Positions 45,701-62,300 of a stretch of DNA of 64,000 nucleotides are shown piece by piece. The first letter of the stretch is position 1; every line of letters starts with the position of its first letter. This DNA is from Eledone cirrhosa (taxonomy: Eukaryota), in the NCBI GenBank assembly GCA_964016885.1, contig OZ024743.1, positions 210,180,001-210,244,000 of the forward strand. The letters are read 5' to 3'. A program made the position numbers and the translations under genes. The notes under the pieces are model-generated. The model made no database searches. It saw nothing but the letters and a program-made list of their open reading frames with translations, and was not told the DNA's origin.

Positions 45701-48700
45701 ACAGATGAAAGCTGTTCACTCCATAAGATATACCACAGTTTACCATCCTATAGCCACACATGAAAGCTCTTCACTCCATAAGATATACCACAGTTTACCA
45801 TCCTATAGCCACAGATGAAAGCTGTTCACTCCATAATATATACGACAGTTTACCATCCTATAGCCAGATGAAAGCTCTTCACTCCATAAGATATACCACA
45901 GTTTACCATCCTATAGCCACAGATGAAAGCTGTTCACTCCCTAAGATATACCACAGTTTACCATCCTATAGCCAGATGAAAGCTCTTCACTCCATAAGAT
46001 ATACCACAGTTTACCATCCTAAAGCCACAGATGAAAGCTCTTTACTCCATAAGATATACCACAGTTTACCATCCTATAGCCACAGATGAAAGCTGTTTAC
46101 TCCATAAGATATACCACAGTTTACCATCCTATAGTCAGATGAAAGCTCTTCACTCCATAAGATATACCACAGTTTACCATCCTATAGCCACAGATGAAAG
46201 CTGTTCACTCCATAAGATATACCACAGTTTACCATTCTATAGCCAGATGAAAGCTCTTCATCCATAAGATATACCACAGTTTACCATCCTAAAGCCACAG
46301 ATGAAAGCTCTTCACTCCATAAGCTATACCACAATTTACCATCCTATAGCCACAGATGAAAGCTCTTCACTCCATAAGATATACCACAGTTTACCATCCT
46401 ATAGCCACAGATGAAAGCTCTTCACTCCATAAGATATACCACAGTTTACCATCCTATAGCCACAGATGAAAGCTGTTCACTCCATAAGATATACCACAGT
46501 TTACAATCCTATAGCCAGATGAAAGCTCTTCACTCCATAAGATATACCACAGTTTACAATCCTAAAGCCACAAATGAAAGCTCTTCACTCCATAAGATAT
46601 ACCACAGTTTCCATCCTATAGCCAGATGAAAGCTCTTCACTCCATAAGATATACCACAGTTTACCATCCTATAGCAAGATGAAAGCTCTTCACTCCATAA
46701 GATATACGACAGTTTACCATCCTATAGCCACACATGAAAACTCTTCAATCCATAAGATATACCACAGTTTACCATCTTATAGCCACAGATGAAAGCTCTT
46801 CACTCCATAAGATATACCACGGTTTACCATCCTATAGCCACACATAAAAGCTCTTCACGCCATAAGATATACCACAGTTTACCATCCTATAGCCACAGAT
46901 GAAAGCTCATCACTCCATAAGATATACCACAGTTTACCATCCTATGGCCACATATGAAAGCTCTTCACCCCATAAGATATACCTCAGTTTACCATCCTAT
47001 AGCCACAGATGAAAGCTCTTCACTCCATAAGATATACAACAGTTTACCATCCTATAGCCACAGATGAAAGCTCTTCACTCCATAAGATATACCACAGTTT
47101 ACTATCCTATAGCCACACATGAAAGCTCTTCACTCCATAAGATATACCACAGTTTACCATCGTATGGCCACACATGAAAGCTCTTCACCCCATAAGATAT
47201 ACCACAGTTTACCATCCTATAGCCACACATGAAAGCTCTTCACTCCATAAGATATACCACAGTTTACCATCCTATAGCCACACATGAAAGCTCTTCACTC
47301 CATAAGATATACCACAGTTTACCATCCTATAGCCAGATGAAAGCTCTTCACTCCATAAGATATACGACAGTTTACCATCCTATAGCCACACATGAAAGCT
47401 CTTCAATCCATAAGATATACCCCAGTTTACCATCCTATTGCCAGATGAAAGCTCTTCACTCCATAAGATATACCAGTTTACCACCCTATAGCCACAGATG
47501 AAAGCTCTTCACTCCATGAGATATACCACAGTTTACCATCCTATAGCCACGCCACGGATGAAAGCTCTTCACTCCATAAGATATACCACAGTTTACAATC
47601 CTATAGCCACAGATGAAAGCTCTTCACTCCATAAGATATACCACAGTTTACCATCCTATGGCCACAGATGAAAGCTCTTCACTCCATAAGATATACCACA
47701 GTTTACCATCCTATAGCCACAGATGAAAGCTCTTCACTCCATAAGATATACCACAGTTTACCATCCTATAGCCACACATGAAAGCTCTTCACTCCATAAG
47801 ATATACCACAGTTTACCATCCTATAGTCAAGCCACGGATGAAAGCTCTTCACTCGATAAGATATACCACAGTTTACCATCCTATAGTCACACATGAAAGC
47901 TCTTCACTCCATAAGATATAACTCAGTTTACCATCCTATAGCCAGATGAAAGCTCTTCACTCCATAAGCTATACCACAGTTTACCATCCTATAGCCACAG
48001 ATGAAAGCTCTTCACTCCATAAGATATACCACAGTTTACCATCCTATAGCCACAGATGAAAGCTGTTCACTCCATAAGATATACCACAGTTTACCATCCT
48101 ATAGCCACAGATGAAAGCTCTTCACTCCCTAAGATATACCACAGTTTACCATCCTATAGCCACACATGAAAGCTCTTCACTCCATAAGATATACCACAGT
48201 TTACCATCCTATAGCCAGATGAAAGCTCTTCACTCCATAAGATATACCACAGTTAACCATCCTATAGCCACAGATGAAAGCTCTTCACTCCAAAAGATAT
48301 ACCACAGTTTACCATCCTATAGCCACAGATGAAAGCTGTTCACTCCATAAGATATACCACAGTTTACCATCCTATAGCCACACATGAAAGCTCTTCACTC
48401 CATAAGATATATCACAGTTTACCATCCTATAGCCACAGATGAAAGCTGTTCACTCCATAATATATACGACAGTTTACCATCCTATAGCCACAGATGAAAG
48501 CTGTTCACTCCATAAGATATACGACAGTTTACCATCCTATAGCCAGATGAAAGCTCTTCACTCCATAAGATATACCACAGTTTACCATCATATAACCACA
48601 GATGAAAGCTGTTCACTCCCTAAGATATACCACAGTTTACCATCCTATATCCAGATGAAAGCTCTTCACTCCATAAGATATACCACAGTTTACCATCCTA

Positions 48701-49099
48701 AAGCCACAGATGAAAGCTCTTTACTCCATAAGATATACCACAGTTTACCATCCTATAGCCACAGATGAAAGCTGTTTACTCCATAAGATATACCACAGTT
48801 TACCATCCTATAGCCAGATGAAAGCTCTTCACTCCATAAGATATACCACAGTTTACCATCCTAAAGCCACAGATGAAAGCTCTTCACTCCATAAGCTATA
48901 CCACAGTTTACCATCCTATAGCCACAGATGAAAGCTCTTCACTCCATAAGATATACCACAGTTTACCATCCTATAGCCACAGATGAAAGCTCTTCACTCC
49001 ATAAGATATACCACAGTTTACCATCCTATAGCCACAGATGAAAGCTGTTCACTCCATAAGATATACCACAGTTTACCATCCTATAGCCAGATGAAAGCC

Positions 49100-52000
49100 C
49101 TTCACTCCATAAGATATACCACAGTTTACCATCCTAAAGCCACAGATGAAAGCTCTTCACTCCATAAGATATACCACAGTTTACCATCCTATAGCCACAC
49201 ATGAAAGCTCTTCACTCCATAATATATACCACAGTTTACCATCCTATAGCCAGATGAAAGCTCTTCACTCCATAAGATATACCACAGTTTACCATCCTAT
49301 AGCAAGATGAAAGATCTTCACTCCATAAGATATACGACAGTTTACCATCCTATAGCCACACATGAAAACTCTTCAATCCATAAGATATACCTCAGTTTAC
49401 CATCTTATAGCCACAGATGAAAGCTCTTCACTCCATAAGATATACCACGGTTTACCATCCTATAGCCACACATGAAAGCTCTTCACGCCACAAGATATAC
49501 CTCAGTTTACCATCGTATAGCCACAGATGAAAGCTCTTCACTCCATAAGATATACCACAGTTTACCATCCTATAGCCACACATGAGAGCTTTTCACTCCA
49601 TAAGATATACCACAGTTTACCATCCTATAGCCACAGATGAAAGCTCATCACTCCATAAGATATACCACAGTTTACCATCCTATAGCCACAGATGAAAGCT
49701 CTTCACTCCATAAGATATACCACAGTTTACCATCCTATAGCCACACATGAAAGCTCTTCACTCCATAAGATATACCACAGTTTACCATCCTATAGCAAGA
49801 TGAAAGCTCTTCACTCCATAAGATATACGACAGTTTACCATCCTATAGCCACACATGAAAACTCTTCAATCCATAAGATATACCTCAGTTTACCATCTTA
49901 TAGCCACAGATGAAAGCTCTTCACTCCATAAGATATACCACGGTTTACCATCCTATAGCCACACATGAAAGCTCTTCACACCATAAGATATACCTCAGTT
50001 TACCATCCTATAGCCATAGATGAAAGCTCTTCACTCCATAAGATATACCACAGTTTACCATCCTATAGCCACACATGAGAGCTCTTCACTCCATAAGATA
50101 TACCACAGTTTACCATCCTATGGCCACATATGAAAGCTCTTCACCCCATAAGATATACCTCAGTTTACCATCCTATAGCCACAGATGAAAGCTCTTCACT
50201 CCATAAGATATACCACAGTTTACCATCCTATAGCCACAGATGAAAGCTCTTCACTCCATAAGATATACCACAGTTTACTATCCTATAGCCACACATGAAA
50301 GCTCTTCACTCCATAAGATATACCACAGTTTACCATCCTATGGCCACACATGAAAGCTCTTCACCCCATAAGATATACCACAGTTTACCATCCTATAGCC
50401 ACACATGAAAGCTCTTCACTCCATAAGATATACCACAGTTTACCATCCTATAGCCACAGATGAAAGCTCTTCACCCCATAAGATATACCACAGTTTACCA
50501 TCCTATAGCCACAGATGAAAGCTCTTCACCCCATAAGATATACCACAGTTTACCATCCTATTGCCACACATGAAAGTTCTTCACTCGATAAGATATACCA
50601 CAGTTTACCATCCTATAGCCACATATGAAAGCTCTTCAATCCATAAGATATACCCCAGTTTACCATCCTATTGCCAGATGAAAGCTCTTCACTCCATAAG
50701 ATATACCAGTTTACCACCCTATAGCCACAGATGAAAGCTCTTCACTCCATGAGATATACCACAGTTTACCATCCTATAGCCACGCCACGGATGAAAGCTC
50801 TTCACTCCATAAGATATACCACAGTTTACAATCCTATAGCCACAGATGAAAGCTCTTCACTCCATAAGATATACCACAGTTTACCATCCTATGGCCACAG
50901 ATGAAAGCTCTTCACTCCATAAGATATACCACAGTTTACCATCCTATAGCCACAGATGAAAGCTCTTCACTCCATAAGATATACCACAGTTTACCATCCT
51001 ATAGTCAAGCCACGGATGAAAGCTCTTCACTCCATAAGATATACCAGTTTACCATCCTATAGTCACACATGAAAGCTCTTCACTCCATAAGATATAACAC
51101 AGTTTACCATCCTATAGCCAGATGAAAGCTCTTCACTCCATAAGATATACCACAGTTTACCATCCTATAGCCACAGATGAAAGCTCTTCGCTCCATAAGA
51201 TATACCACAGTTTACCATCCTATAGCCACAGATGAAAGCTCTTCACTCCATAAGATATACCACAGTTTACCATCCTATAGCCACAGATGAAAGCTGTTCA
51301 CTCCGTAAGATATACCACAGTTTACCATCCTATAGCCACAGATGAAAGCTCTTCACTCCATAAGATATACCACAGTTTACCATCCTATAGCCCCACATGA
51401 AAGCTCTTCACTCCATAAGATATACCACAGTTTACCATCCTATAGCCAGATGAAAGCTCTTCACTCCATAAGATATACCACAGTTAACCATCCTATAGCC
51501 ACAGATGAAAGCTCTTCACTCCAAAAGATATACCACAGTTTACCATCCTATAGCCACAGATGAAAGCTGTTCACTCCATAAGATATACCACAGTTTACCA
51601 TCCTATAGCCACACATGAAAGCTCTTCACTCCATAAGATATACCACAGTTTACCATCATATAGCCACAGATGAAAGCTGTTCACTCCATAAGATATACCA
51701 CAGTTAACCATCCTATAGCCACAGATGAAAGCTCTTCACTCCAAAAGATATACCACAGTTTACCATCCTATAGCCACACATGAAAGCTGTTCACTCCATA
51801 AGATATACCACAGTTTACCATCCTATAGCCACACATGAAAGCTCTTCACTCCATAAGATATACGACAGTTTACCATCCTATAGCCACACATGAAAGCTGT
51901 TCACTCCATAAGATATACGACAGTTTACCATCCTATAGCCAGATGAAAGCTCTTCACTCCATAAGATATACCACAGTTTACCATCCTATAGCCACAGATG

Positions 52001-55000
52001 AAAGCTCTTCACTCCATAAGATATACCACAGTTTACTATCCTATAGCCACACATGAAAGCTCTTCACTCCATAAGATATACCACAGTTTACCATCCTATA
52101 GCCACAGATGAAAGCTCTTCACTCCATAAGATATACCACAGTTTACCATCCTATAGCCACAGATGAAAGCTGTTCGCTCCATAAGATATACCACAGTTTA
52201 CCATCCTATAGCCAGATGAAAGCTCTTCACTCCATAAGATATACCACAGTTTACCATCCTAAAGCCACAGATGAAAGCTCTTCACTCCATAAGATATACC
52301 ACAGTTTACCATCCTATAGCCACACATGAAAGCTCTTCACTCCATAATATATACCACAGTTTACCATCCTATAGCCAGATGAAAGCTCTTCACTCCATAA
52401 GATATACCACAGTTTACCATCCTATAGCAAGATGAAAGATCTTCACTCCATAAGATATACGACAGTTTACCATCCTATAGCCACACATGAAAACTCTTCA
52501 ATCCATAAGATATACCTCAGTTTACCATCTTATACCCACAGATGAAAGCTCTTCACTCCATAAGATATACCACGGTTTACCATCCTATAGCCACACATGA
52601 AAGCTCTTCACGCCACAAGATATACCTCAGTTTACCATCGTATAGCCACAGATGAAAGCTCTTCACTCCATAAGATATACCACAGTTTACCATCCTATAG
52701 CCACACATGAGAGCTTTTCACTCCATAAGATATACCACAGTTTACCATCCTATAGCCACAGATGAAAACTCATCACTCCATAAGATATACCACAGTTTAC
52801 CATCCTATAGCCACAGATGAAAGCTCTTCACTCCATAAGATATACCACAGTTTACCATCCTATAGCCACACATGAAAGCTCTTCACTCCATAAGATATAC
52901 CACAGTTTACCATCCTATAGCAAGATGAAAGCTCTTCACTCCATAAGATATACGACAGTTTACCATCCTATAGCCACACATGAAAACTCTTCAATCCATA
53001 AGATATACCTCAGTTTACCATCTTATAGCCACAGATGAAAGCTCTTCACTCCATAAGATATACCACGGTTTACCATCCTATAGCCACACATGAAAGCTCT
53101 TCACACCATAAGATATACCTCAGTTTACCATCCTATAGCCATAGATGAAAGCTCTTCACTCCATAAGATATACCACAGTTTACCATCCTATAGCCACACA
53201 TGAGAGCTCTTCACTCCATAAGATATACCACAGTTTACCATCCTATGGCCACATATGAAAGCTCTTCACCCCATAAGATATACCTCAGTTTACCATCCTA
53301 TAGCCACAGATGAAAGCTCTTCACTCCATAAGATATACCACAGTTTACCATCCTATAGCCACAGATGAAAGCTCTTCACTCCATAAGATATACCACAGTT
53401 TACTATCCTATAGCCACACATGAAAGCTCTTCACTCCATAAGATATACCACAGTTTACCATCCTATGGCCACACATGAAAGCTCTTCACCCCATAAGATA
53501 TACCACAGTTTACCATCCTATAGCCACACATGAAAGCTCTTCACTCCATAAGATATACCACAGTTTACCATCCTATAGCCACAGATGAAAGCTCTTCACC
53601 CCATAAGATATACCACAGTTTACCATCCTATAGCCACAGATGAAAGCTCTTCACCCCATAAGATATACCACAGTTTACCATCCTATTGCCACACATGAAA
53701 GTTCTTCACTCGATAAGATATACCACAGTTTACCATCCTATAGCCACAGATGAAAGCTATTCACCCCATAAGATATACCGCAGTTTACCATCCTATTGCC
53801 ACACATGAAAGTTCTTCACTCGATAAGATATACCACAGTTTACCATCCTATAGCCACATATGAAAGCTCTTCAATCCATAAGATATACCCCAGTTTACCA
53901 TCCTATTGCCAGATGAAAGCTCTTCACTCCATAAGATATACCAGTTTACCACCCTATAGCCACAGATGAAAGCTCTTCACTCCATGAGATATACCACAGT
54001 TTACCATCCTATAGCCACGCCACGGATGAAAGCTCTTCACTCCATAAGATATACCACAGTTTACAATCCTATAGCCACAGATGAAAGCTCTTCACTCCAT
54101 AAGATATACCACAGTTTACCATCCTATGGCCACAGATGAAAGCTCTTCACTCCATAAGATATACCACAGTTTACCATCCTATAGCCACAGATGAAAGCTC
54201 TTCACTCCATAAGATATACCACAGTTTACCATCCTAAAGCCACAGATGAAAGCTCTTCACTCCATAAGATATACCACAGTTTACCATCCTATAGCCACAC
54301 ATGAAAGCTCTTCACTCCATAATATATACCACAGTTTACCATCCTATAGCCAGATGAAAGCTCTTCACTCCATAAGATATACCACAGTTTACCATCCTAT
54401 AGCAAGATGAAAGATCTTCACTCCATAAGATATACGACAGTTTACCATCCTATAGCCACACATGAAAACTCTTCAATCCATAAGATATACCTCAGTTTAC
54501 CATCTTATAGCCACAGATGAAAGCTCTTCACTCCATAAGATATACCACGGTTTACCATCCTATAGCCACACATGAAAGCTCTTCACGCCACAAGATATAC
54601 CTCAGTTTACCATCGTATAGCCACAGATGAAAGCTCTTCACTCCATAAGATATACCACAGTTTACCATCCTATAGCCACACATGAGAGCTTTTCACTCCA
54701 TAAGATATACCACAGTTTACCATCCTATAGCCACAGATGAAAGCTCATCACTCCATAAGATATACCACAGTTTACCATCCTATAGCCACAGATGAAAGCT
54801 CTTCACTCCATAAGATATACCACAGTTTACCATCCTATAGCCACACATGAAAGCTCTTCACTCCATAAGATATACCACAGTTTACCATCCTATAGCAAGA
54901 TGAAAGCTCTTCACTCCATAAGATATACGACAGTTTACCATCCTATAGCCACACATGAAAACTCTTCAATCCATAAGATATACCTCAGTTTACCATCTTA

Positions 55001-58000
55001 TAGCCACAGATGAAAGCTCTTCACTCCATAAGATATACCACGGTTTACCATCCTATAGCCACACATGAAAGCTCTTCACACCATAAGATATACCTCAGTT
55101 TACCATCCTATAGCCATAGATGAAAGCTCTTCACTCCATAAGATATACCACAGTTTACCATCCTATAGCCACACATGAGAGCTCTTCACTCCATAAGATA
55201 TACCACAGTTTACCATCCTATGGCCACATATGAAAGCTCTTCACCCCATAAGATATACCTCAGTTTACCATCCTATAGCCACAGATGAAAGCTCTTCACT
55301 CCATAAGATATACCACAGTTTACCATCCTATAGCCACAGATGAAAGCTCTTCACTCCATAAGATATACCACAGTTTACTATCCTATAGCCACACATGAAA
55401 GCTCTTCACTCCATAAGATATACCACAGTTTACCATCCTATGGCCACACATGAAAGCTCTTCACCCCATAAGATATACCACAGTTTACCATCCTATAGCC
55501 ACACATGAAAGCTCTTCACTCCATAAGATATACCACAGTTTACCATCCTATAGCCACAGATGAAAGCTCTTCACCCCATAAGATATACCACAGTTTACCA
55601 TCCTATAGCCACAGATGAAAGCTCTTCACCCCATAAGATATACCACAGTTTACCATCCTATTGCCACACATGAAAGTTCTTCACTCGATAAGATATACCA
55701 CAGTTTACCATCCTATAGCCACATATGAAAGCTCTTCAATCCATAAGATATACCCCAGTTTACCATCCTATTGCCAGATGAAAGCTCTTCACTCCATAAG
55801 ATATACCAGTTTACCACCCTATAGCCACAGATGAAAGCTCTTCACTCCATGAGATATACCACAGTTTACCATCCTATAGCCACGCCACGGATGAAAGCTC
55901 TTCACTCCATAAGATATACCACAGTTTACAATCCTATAGCCACAGATGAAAGCTCTTCACTCCATAAGATATACCACAGTTTACCATCCTATGGCCACAG
56001 ATGAAAGCTCTTCACTCCATAAGATATACCACAGTTTACCATCCTATAGCCACAGATGAAAGCTCTTCACTCCATAAGATATACCACAGTTTACCATCCT
56101 ATAGTCAAGCCACGGATGAAAGCTCTTCACTCCATAAGATATACCAGTTTACCATCCTATAGTCACACATGAAAGCTCTTCACTCCATAAGATATAACAC
56201 AGTTTACCATCCTATAGCCAGATGAAAGCTCTTCACTCCATAAGATATACCACAGTTTACCATCCTATAGCCACAGATGAAAGCTCTTCGCTCCATAAGA
56301 TATACCACAGTTTACCATCCTATAGCCACAGATGAAAGCTCTTCACTCCATAAGATATACCACAGTTTACCATCCTATAGCCACAGATGAAAGCTGTTCA
56401 CTCCGTAAGATATACCACAGTTTACCATCCTATAGCCACAGATGAAAGCTCTTCACTCCATAAGATATACCACAGTTTACCATCCTATAGCCCCACATGA
56501 AAGCTCTTCACTCCATAAGATATACCACAGTTTACCATCCTATAGCCAGATGAAAGCTCTTCACTCCATAAGATATACCACAGTTAACCATCCTATAGCC
56601 ACAGATGAAAGCTCTTCACTCCAAAAGATATACCACAGTTTACCATCCTATAGCCACAGATGAAAGCTGTTCACTCCATAAGATATACCACAGTTTACCA
56701 TCCTATAGCCACACATGAAAGCTCTTCACTCCATAAGATATACCACAGTTTACCATCATATAGCCACAGATGAAAGCTGTTCACTCCATAAGATATACCA
56801 CAGTTAACCATCCTATAGCCACAGATGAAAGCTCTTCACTCCAAAAGATATACCACAGTTTACCATCCTATAGCCACACATGAAAGCTGTTCACTCCATA
56901 AGATATACCACAGTTTACCATCCTATAGCCACACATGAAAGCTCTTCACTCCATAAGATATACGACAGTTTACCATCCTATAGCCACACATGAAAGCTGT
57001 TCACTCCATAAGATATACGACAGTTTACCATCCTATAGCCAGATGAAAGCTCTTCACTCCATAAGATATACCACAGTTTACCATCCTATAGCCACAGATG
57101 AAAGCTCTTCACTCCATAAGATATACCACAGTTTACTATCCTATAGCCACACATGAAAGCTCTTCACTCCATAAGATATACCACAGTTTACCATCCTATA
57201 GCCACAGATGAAAGCTCTTCACTCCATAAGATATACCACAGTTTACCATCCTATAGCCACAGATGAAAGCTGTTCGCTCCATAAGATATACCACAGTTTA
57301 CCATCCTATAGCCAGATGAAAGCTCTTCACTCCATAAGATATACCACAGTTTACCATCCTAAAGCCACAGATGAAAGCTCTTCACTCCATAAGATATACC
57401 ACAGTTTACCATCCTATAGCCACACATGAAAGCTCTTCACTCCATAATATATACCACAGTTTACCATCCTATAGCCAGATGAAAGCTCTTCACTCCATAA
57501 GATATACCACAGTTTACCATCCTATAGCAAGATGAAAGATCTTCACTCCATAAGATATACGACAGTTTACCATCCTATAGCCACACATGAAAACTCTTCA
57601 ATCCATAAGATATACCTCAGTTTACCATCTTATACCCACAGATGAAAGCTCTTCACTCCATAAGATATACCACGGTTTACCATCCTATAGCCACACATGA
57701 AAGCTCTTCACGCCACAAGATATACCTCAGTTTACCATCGTATAGCCACAGATGAAAGCTCTTCACTCCATAAGATATACCACAGTTTACCATCCTATAG
57801 CCACACATGAGAGCTTTTCACTCCATAAGATATACCACAGTTTACCATCCTATAGCCACAGATGAAAACTCATCACTCCATAAGATATACCACAGTTTAC
57901 CATCCTATAGCCACAGATGAAAGCTCTTCACTCCATAAGATATACCACAGTTTACCATCCTATAGCCACACATGAAAGCTCTTCACTCCATAAGATATAC

Positions 58001-59336
58001 CACAGTTTACCATCCTATAGCAAGATGAAAGCTCTTCACTCCATAAGATATACGACAGTTTACCATCCTATAGCCACACATGAAAACTCTTCAATCCATA
58101 AGATATACCTCAGTTTACCATCTTATAGCCACAGATGAAAGCTCTTCACTCCATAAGATATACCACGGTTTACCATCCTATAGCCACACATGAAAGCTCT
58201 TCACACCATAAGATATACCTCAGTTTACCATCCTATAGCCATAGATGAAAGCTCTTCACTCCATAAGATATACCACAGTTTACCATCCTATAGCCACACA
58301 TGAGAGCTCTTCACTCCATAAGATATACCACAGTTTACCATCCTATGGCCACATATGAAAGCTCTTCACCCCATAAGATATACCTCAGTTTACCATCCTA
58401 TAGCCACAGATGAAAGCTCTTCACTCCATAAGATATACCACAGTTTACCATCCTATAGCCACAGATGAAAGCTCTTCACTCCATAAGATATACCACAGTT
58501 TACTATCCTATAGCCACACATGAAAGCTCTTCACTCCATAAGATATACCACAGTTTACCATCCTATGGCCACACATGAAAGCTCTTCACCCCATAAGATA
58601 TACCACAGTTTACCATCCTATAGCCACACATGAAAGCTCTTCACTCCATAAGATATACCACAGTTTACCATCCTATAGCCACAGATGAAAGCTCTTCACC
58701 CCATAAGATATACCACAGTTTACCATCCTATAGCCACAGATGAAAGCTCTTCACCCCATAAGATATACCACAGTTTACCATCCTATTGCCACACATGAAA
58801 GTTCTTCACTCGATAAGATATACCACAGTTTACCATCCTATAGCCACAGATGAAAGCTATTCACCCCATAAGATATACCGCAGTTTACCATCCTATTGCC
58901 ACACATGAAAGTTCTTCACTCGATAAGATATACCACAGTTTACCATCCTATAGCCACATATGAAAGCTCTTCAATCCATAAGATATACCCCAGTTTACCA
59001 TCCTATTGCCAGATGAAAGCTCTTCACTCCATAAGATATACCAGTTTACCACCCTATAGCCACAGATGAAAGCTCTTCACTCCATGAGATATACCACAGT
59101 TTACCATCCTATAGCCACGCCACGGATGAAAGCTCTTCACTCCATAAGATATACCACAGTTTACAATCCTATAGCCACAGATGAAAGCTCTTCACTCCAT
59201 AAGATATACCACAGTTTACCATCCTATGGCCACAGATGAAAGCTCTTCACTCCATAAGATATACCACAGTTTACCATCCTATAGCCACAGATGAAAGCTC
59301 TTCACTCCATAAGATATACCACAGTTTACCATCCTA
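49100..59336. repeat. Apparently perfect tandem duplication, 5100-bp period
   Basis: 60-base lines compared at +5100 matched exactly (49201/54301, 51001/56101, 52141/57241, 52501/57601, 53701/58801); flanking mismatches at 49099/54199 and 54237/59337; ORF pairs offset by 5100. Confidence 0.92.
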
Positions 59337-62300
59337 TAGTCAAGCCACGGATGAAAGCTCTTCACTCCATAAGATATACCAGTTTACCATCCTATAGTCA
59401 CACATGAAAGCTCTTCACTCCATAAGATATAACACAGTTTACCATCCTATAGCCAGATGAAAGCTCTTCACTCCATAAGATATACCACAGTTTACCATCC
59501 TATAGCCACAGATGAAAGCTCTTCGCTCCATAAGATATACCACAGTTTACCATCCTATAGCCACAGATGAAAGCTCTTCACTCCATAAGATATACCACAG
59601 TTTACCATCCTATAGCCACAGATGAAAGCTGTTCACTCCGTAAGATATACCACAGTTTACCATCCTATAGCCACAGATGAAAGCTCTTCACTCCATAAGA
59701 TATACCACAGTTTACCATCCTATAGCCACAGATGAAAGCTGTTCACTCCGTAAGATATACCACAGTTAACCATCCTATAGCCACAGATGAAAGCTCTTCA
59801 CTCCAAAAGATATACCACAGTTTACCATCCTATAGCCACAGATGAAAGCTGTTCACTCCATAAGATATACCACAGTTTACCATCCTATAGCCACACATGA
59901 AAGCTCTTCACTCCATAAGATATACCACAGTTTACCATCATATAGCCACAGATGAAAGCTGTTCACTCCATAAGATATACCACAGTTAACCATCCTATAG
60001 CCACAGATGAAAGCTCTTCACTCCAAAAGATATACCACAGTTTACCATCCTATAGCCACACATGAAAGCTGTTCACTCCATAAGATATACCACAGTTTAC
60101 CATCCTATAGCCACACATGAAAGCTCTTCACTCCATAAGATATACGACAGTTTACCATCCTATAGCCACACATGAAAGCTGTTCACTCCATAAGATATAC
60201 GACAGTTTACCATCCTATAGCCAGATGAAAGCTCTTCACTCCATAAGATATACCACAGTTTACCATCCTATAGCCACAGATGAAAGCTCTTCACTCCATA
60301 AGATATACCACAGTTTACTATCCTATAGCCACACATGAAAGCTCTTCACTCCATAAGATATACCACAGTTTACCATCCTATAGCCACAGATGAAAGCTCT
60401 TCACTCCATAAGATATACCACAGTTTACCATCCTATAGCCACAGATGAAAGCTGTTCACTCCATAAGATATACCACAGTTTACCATCCTATAGCCAGATG
60501 AAAGCTCTTCACTCCATAAGATATACCACAGTTTACCATCCTAAAGCCACAGATGAAAGCTCTTCACTCCATAAGATATACCACAGTTTACCATCCTATA
60601 GCCACACATGAAAGCTCTTCACTCCATAATATATACCACAGTTTACCATCCTATAGCCAGATGAAAGCTCTTCACTCCATAAGATATACCACAGTTTACC
60701 ATCCTATAGCAAGATGAAAGATCTTCACTCCATAAGATATACGACAGTTTACCATCCTATAGCCACACATGAAAACTCTTCAATCCATAAGATATACCTC
60801 AGTTTAACATCTTATACCCACAGATGAAAGCTCTTCACTCCATAAGATATACCACGGTTTACCATCCTATAGCCACACATGAAAGCTCTTCACGCCACAA
60901 GATATACCTCAGTTTACCATCGTATAGCCACAGATGAAAGCTCTTCACTCCATAAGATATACCACAGTTTACCATCCTATAGCCACACATGAGAGCTTTT
61001 CACTCCATAAGATATACCACAGTTTACCATCCTATAGCCACAGATGAAAACTCATCACTCCATAAGATATACCACAGTTTACCATCCTATAGCCACAGAT
61101 GAAAGCTCTTCACTCCATAAGATATACCACAGTTTACCATCCTATAGCCACACATGAAAGCTCTTCACTCCATAAGATATACCACAGTTTACCATCCTAT
61201 AGCAAGATGAAAGCTCTTCACTCCATAAGATATACGACAGTTTACCATCCTATAGCCACACATGAAAACTCTTCAATCCATAAGATATACCTCAGTTTAC
61301 CATCTTATAGCCACAGATGAAAGCTCTTCACTCCATAAGATATACCACGGTTTACCATCCTATAGCCACACATGAAAGCTCTTCACACCATAAGATATAC
61401 CTCAGTTTACCATCCTATAGCCATAGATGAAAGCTCTTCACTCCATAAGATATACCACAGTTTACCATCCTATAGCCACACATGAGAGCTCTTCACTCCA
61501 TAAGATATACCACAGTTTACCATCCTATGGCCACATATGAAAGCTCTTCACCCCATAAGATATACCTCAGTTTACCATCCTATAGCCACAGATGAAAGCT
61601 CTTCACTCCATAAGATATACCACAGTTTACCATCCTATAGCCACAGATGAAAGCTCTTCACTCCATAAGATATACCACAGTTTACTATCCTATAGCCACA
61701 CATGAAAGCTCTTCACTCCATAAGATATACCACAGTTTACCATCCTATGGCCACACATGAAAGCTCTTCACCCCATAAGATATACCACAGTTTACCATCC
61801 TATAGCCACACATGAAAGCTCTTCACTCCATAAGATATACCACAGGTTACCATCCTATAGCCACAGATGAAAGCTCTTCACCCCATAAGATATACCACAG
61901 TTTACCATCCTATAGCCACAGATGAAAGCTCTTCACCCCATAAGATATACCACAGTTTACCATCCTATTGCCACACATGAAAGTTCTTCACTCGATAAGA
62001 TATACCACAGTTTACCATCCTATAGCCACAGATGAAAGCTCTTCACCCCATAAGATATACCACAGTTTACCATCCTATAGCCACGCATGAAAGCTCTTCA
62101 CCCCATAAGATATACCACAGTTTACCATCCTATAGCCACATATGAAAGCTCTTCAATCCATAAGATATACCCCAGTTTACCATCCTATTGCCAGATGAAA
62201 GCTCTTCACTCCATAAGATATACCAGTTTACCACCCTATAGCCACAGATGAAAGCTCTTCACTCCATGAGATATACCACAGTTTACCATCCTATAGCCAC

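Noticed and set aside
46255-46615. Two singleton 1-bp deletions (TTCATCC, GTTTCCATCC)
   Set aside because: Not shared by sister copies and indistinguishable from sequencing or consensus errors without reads.
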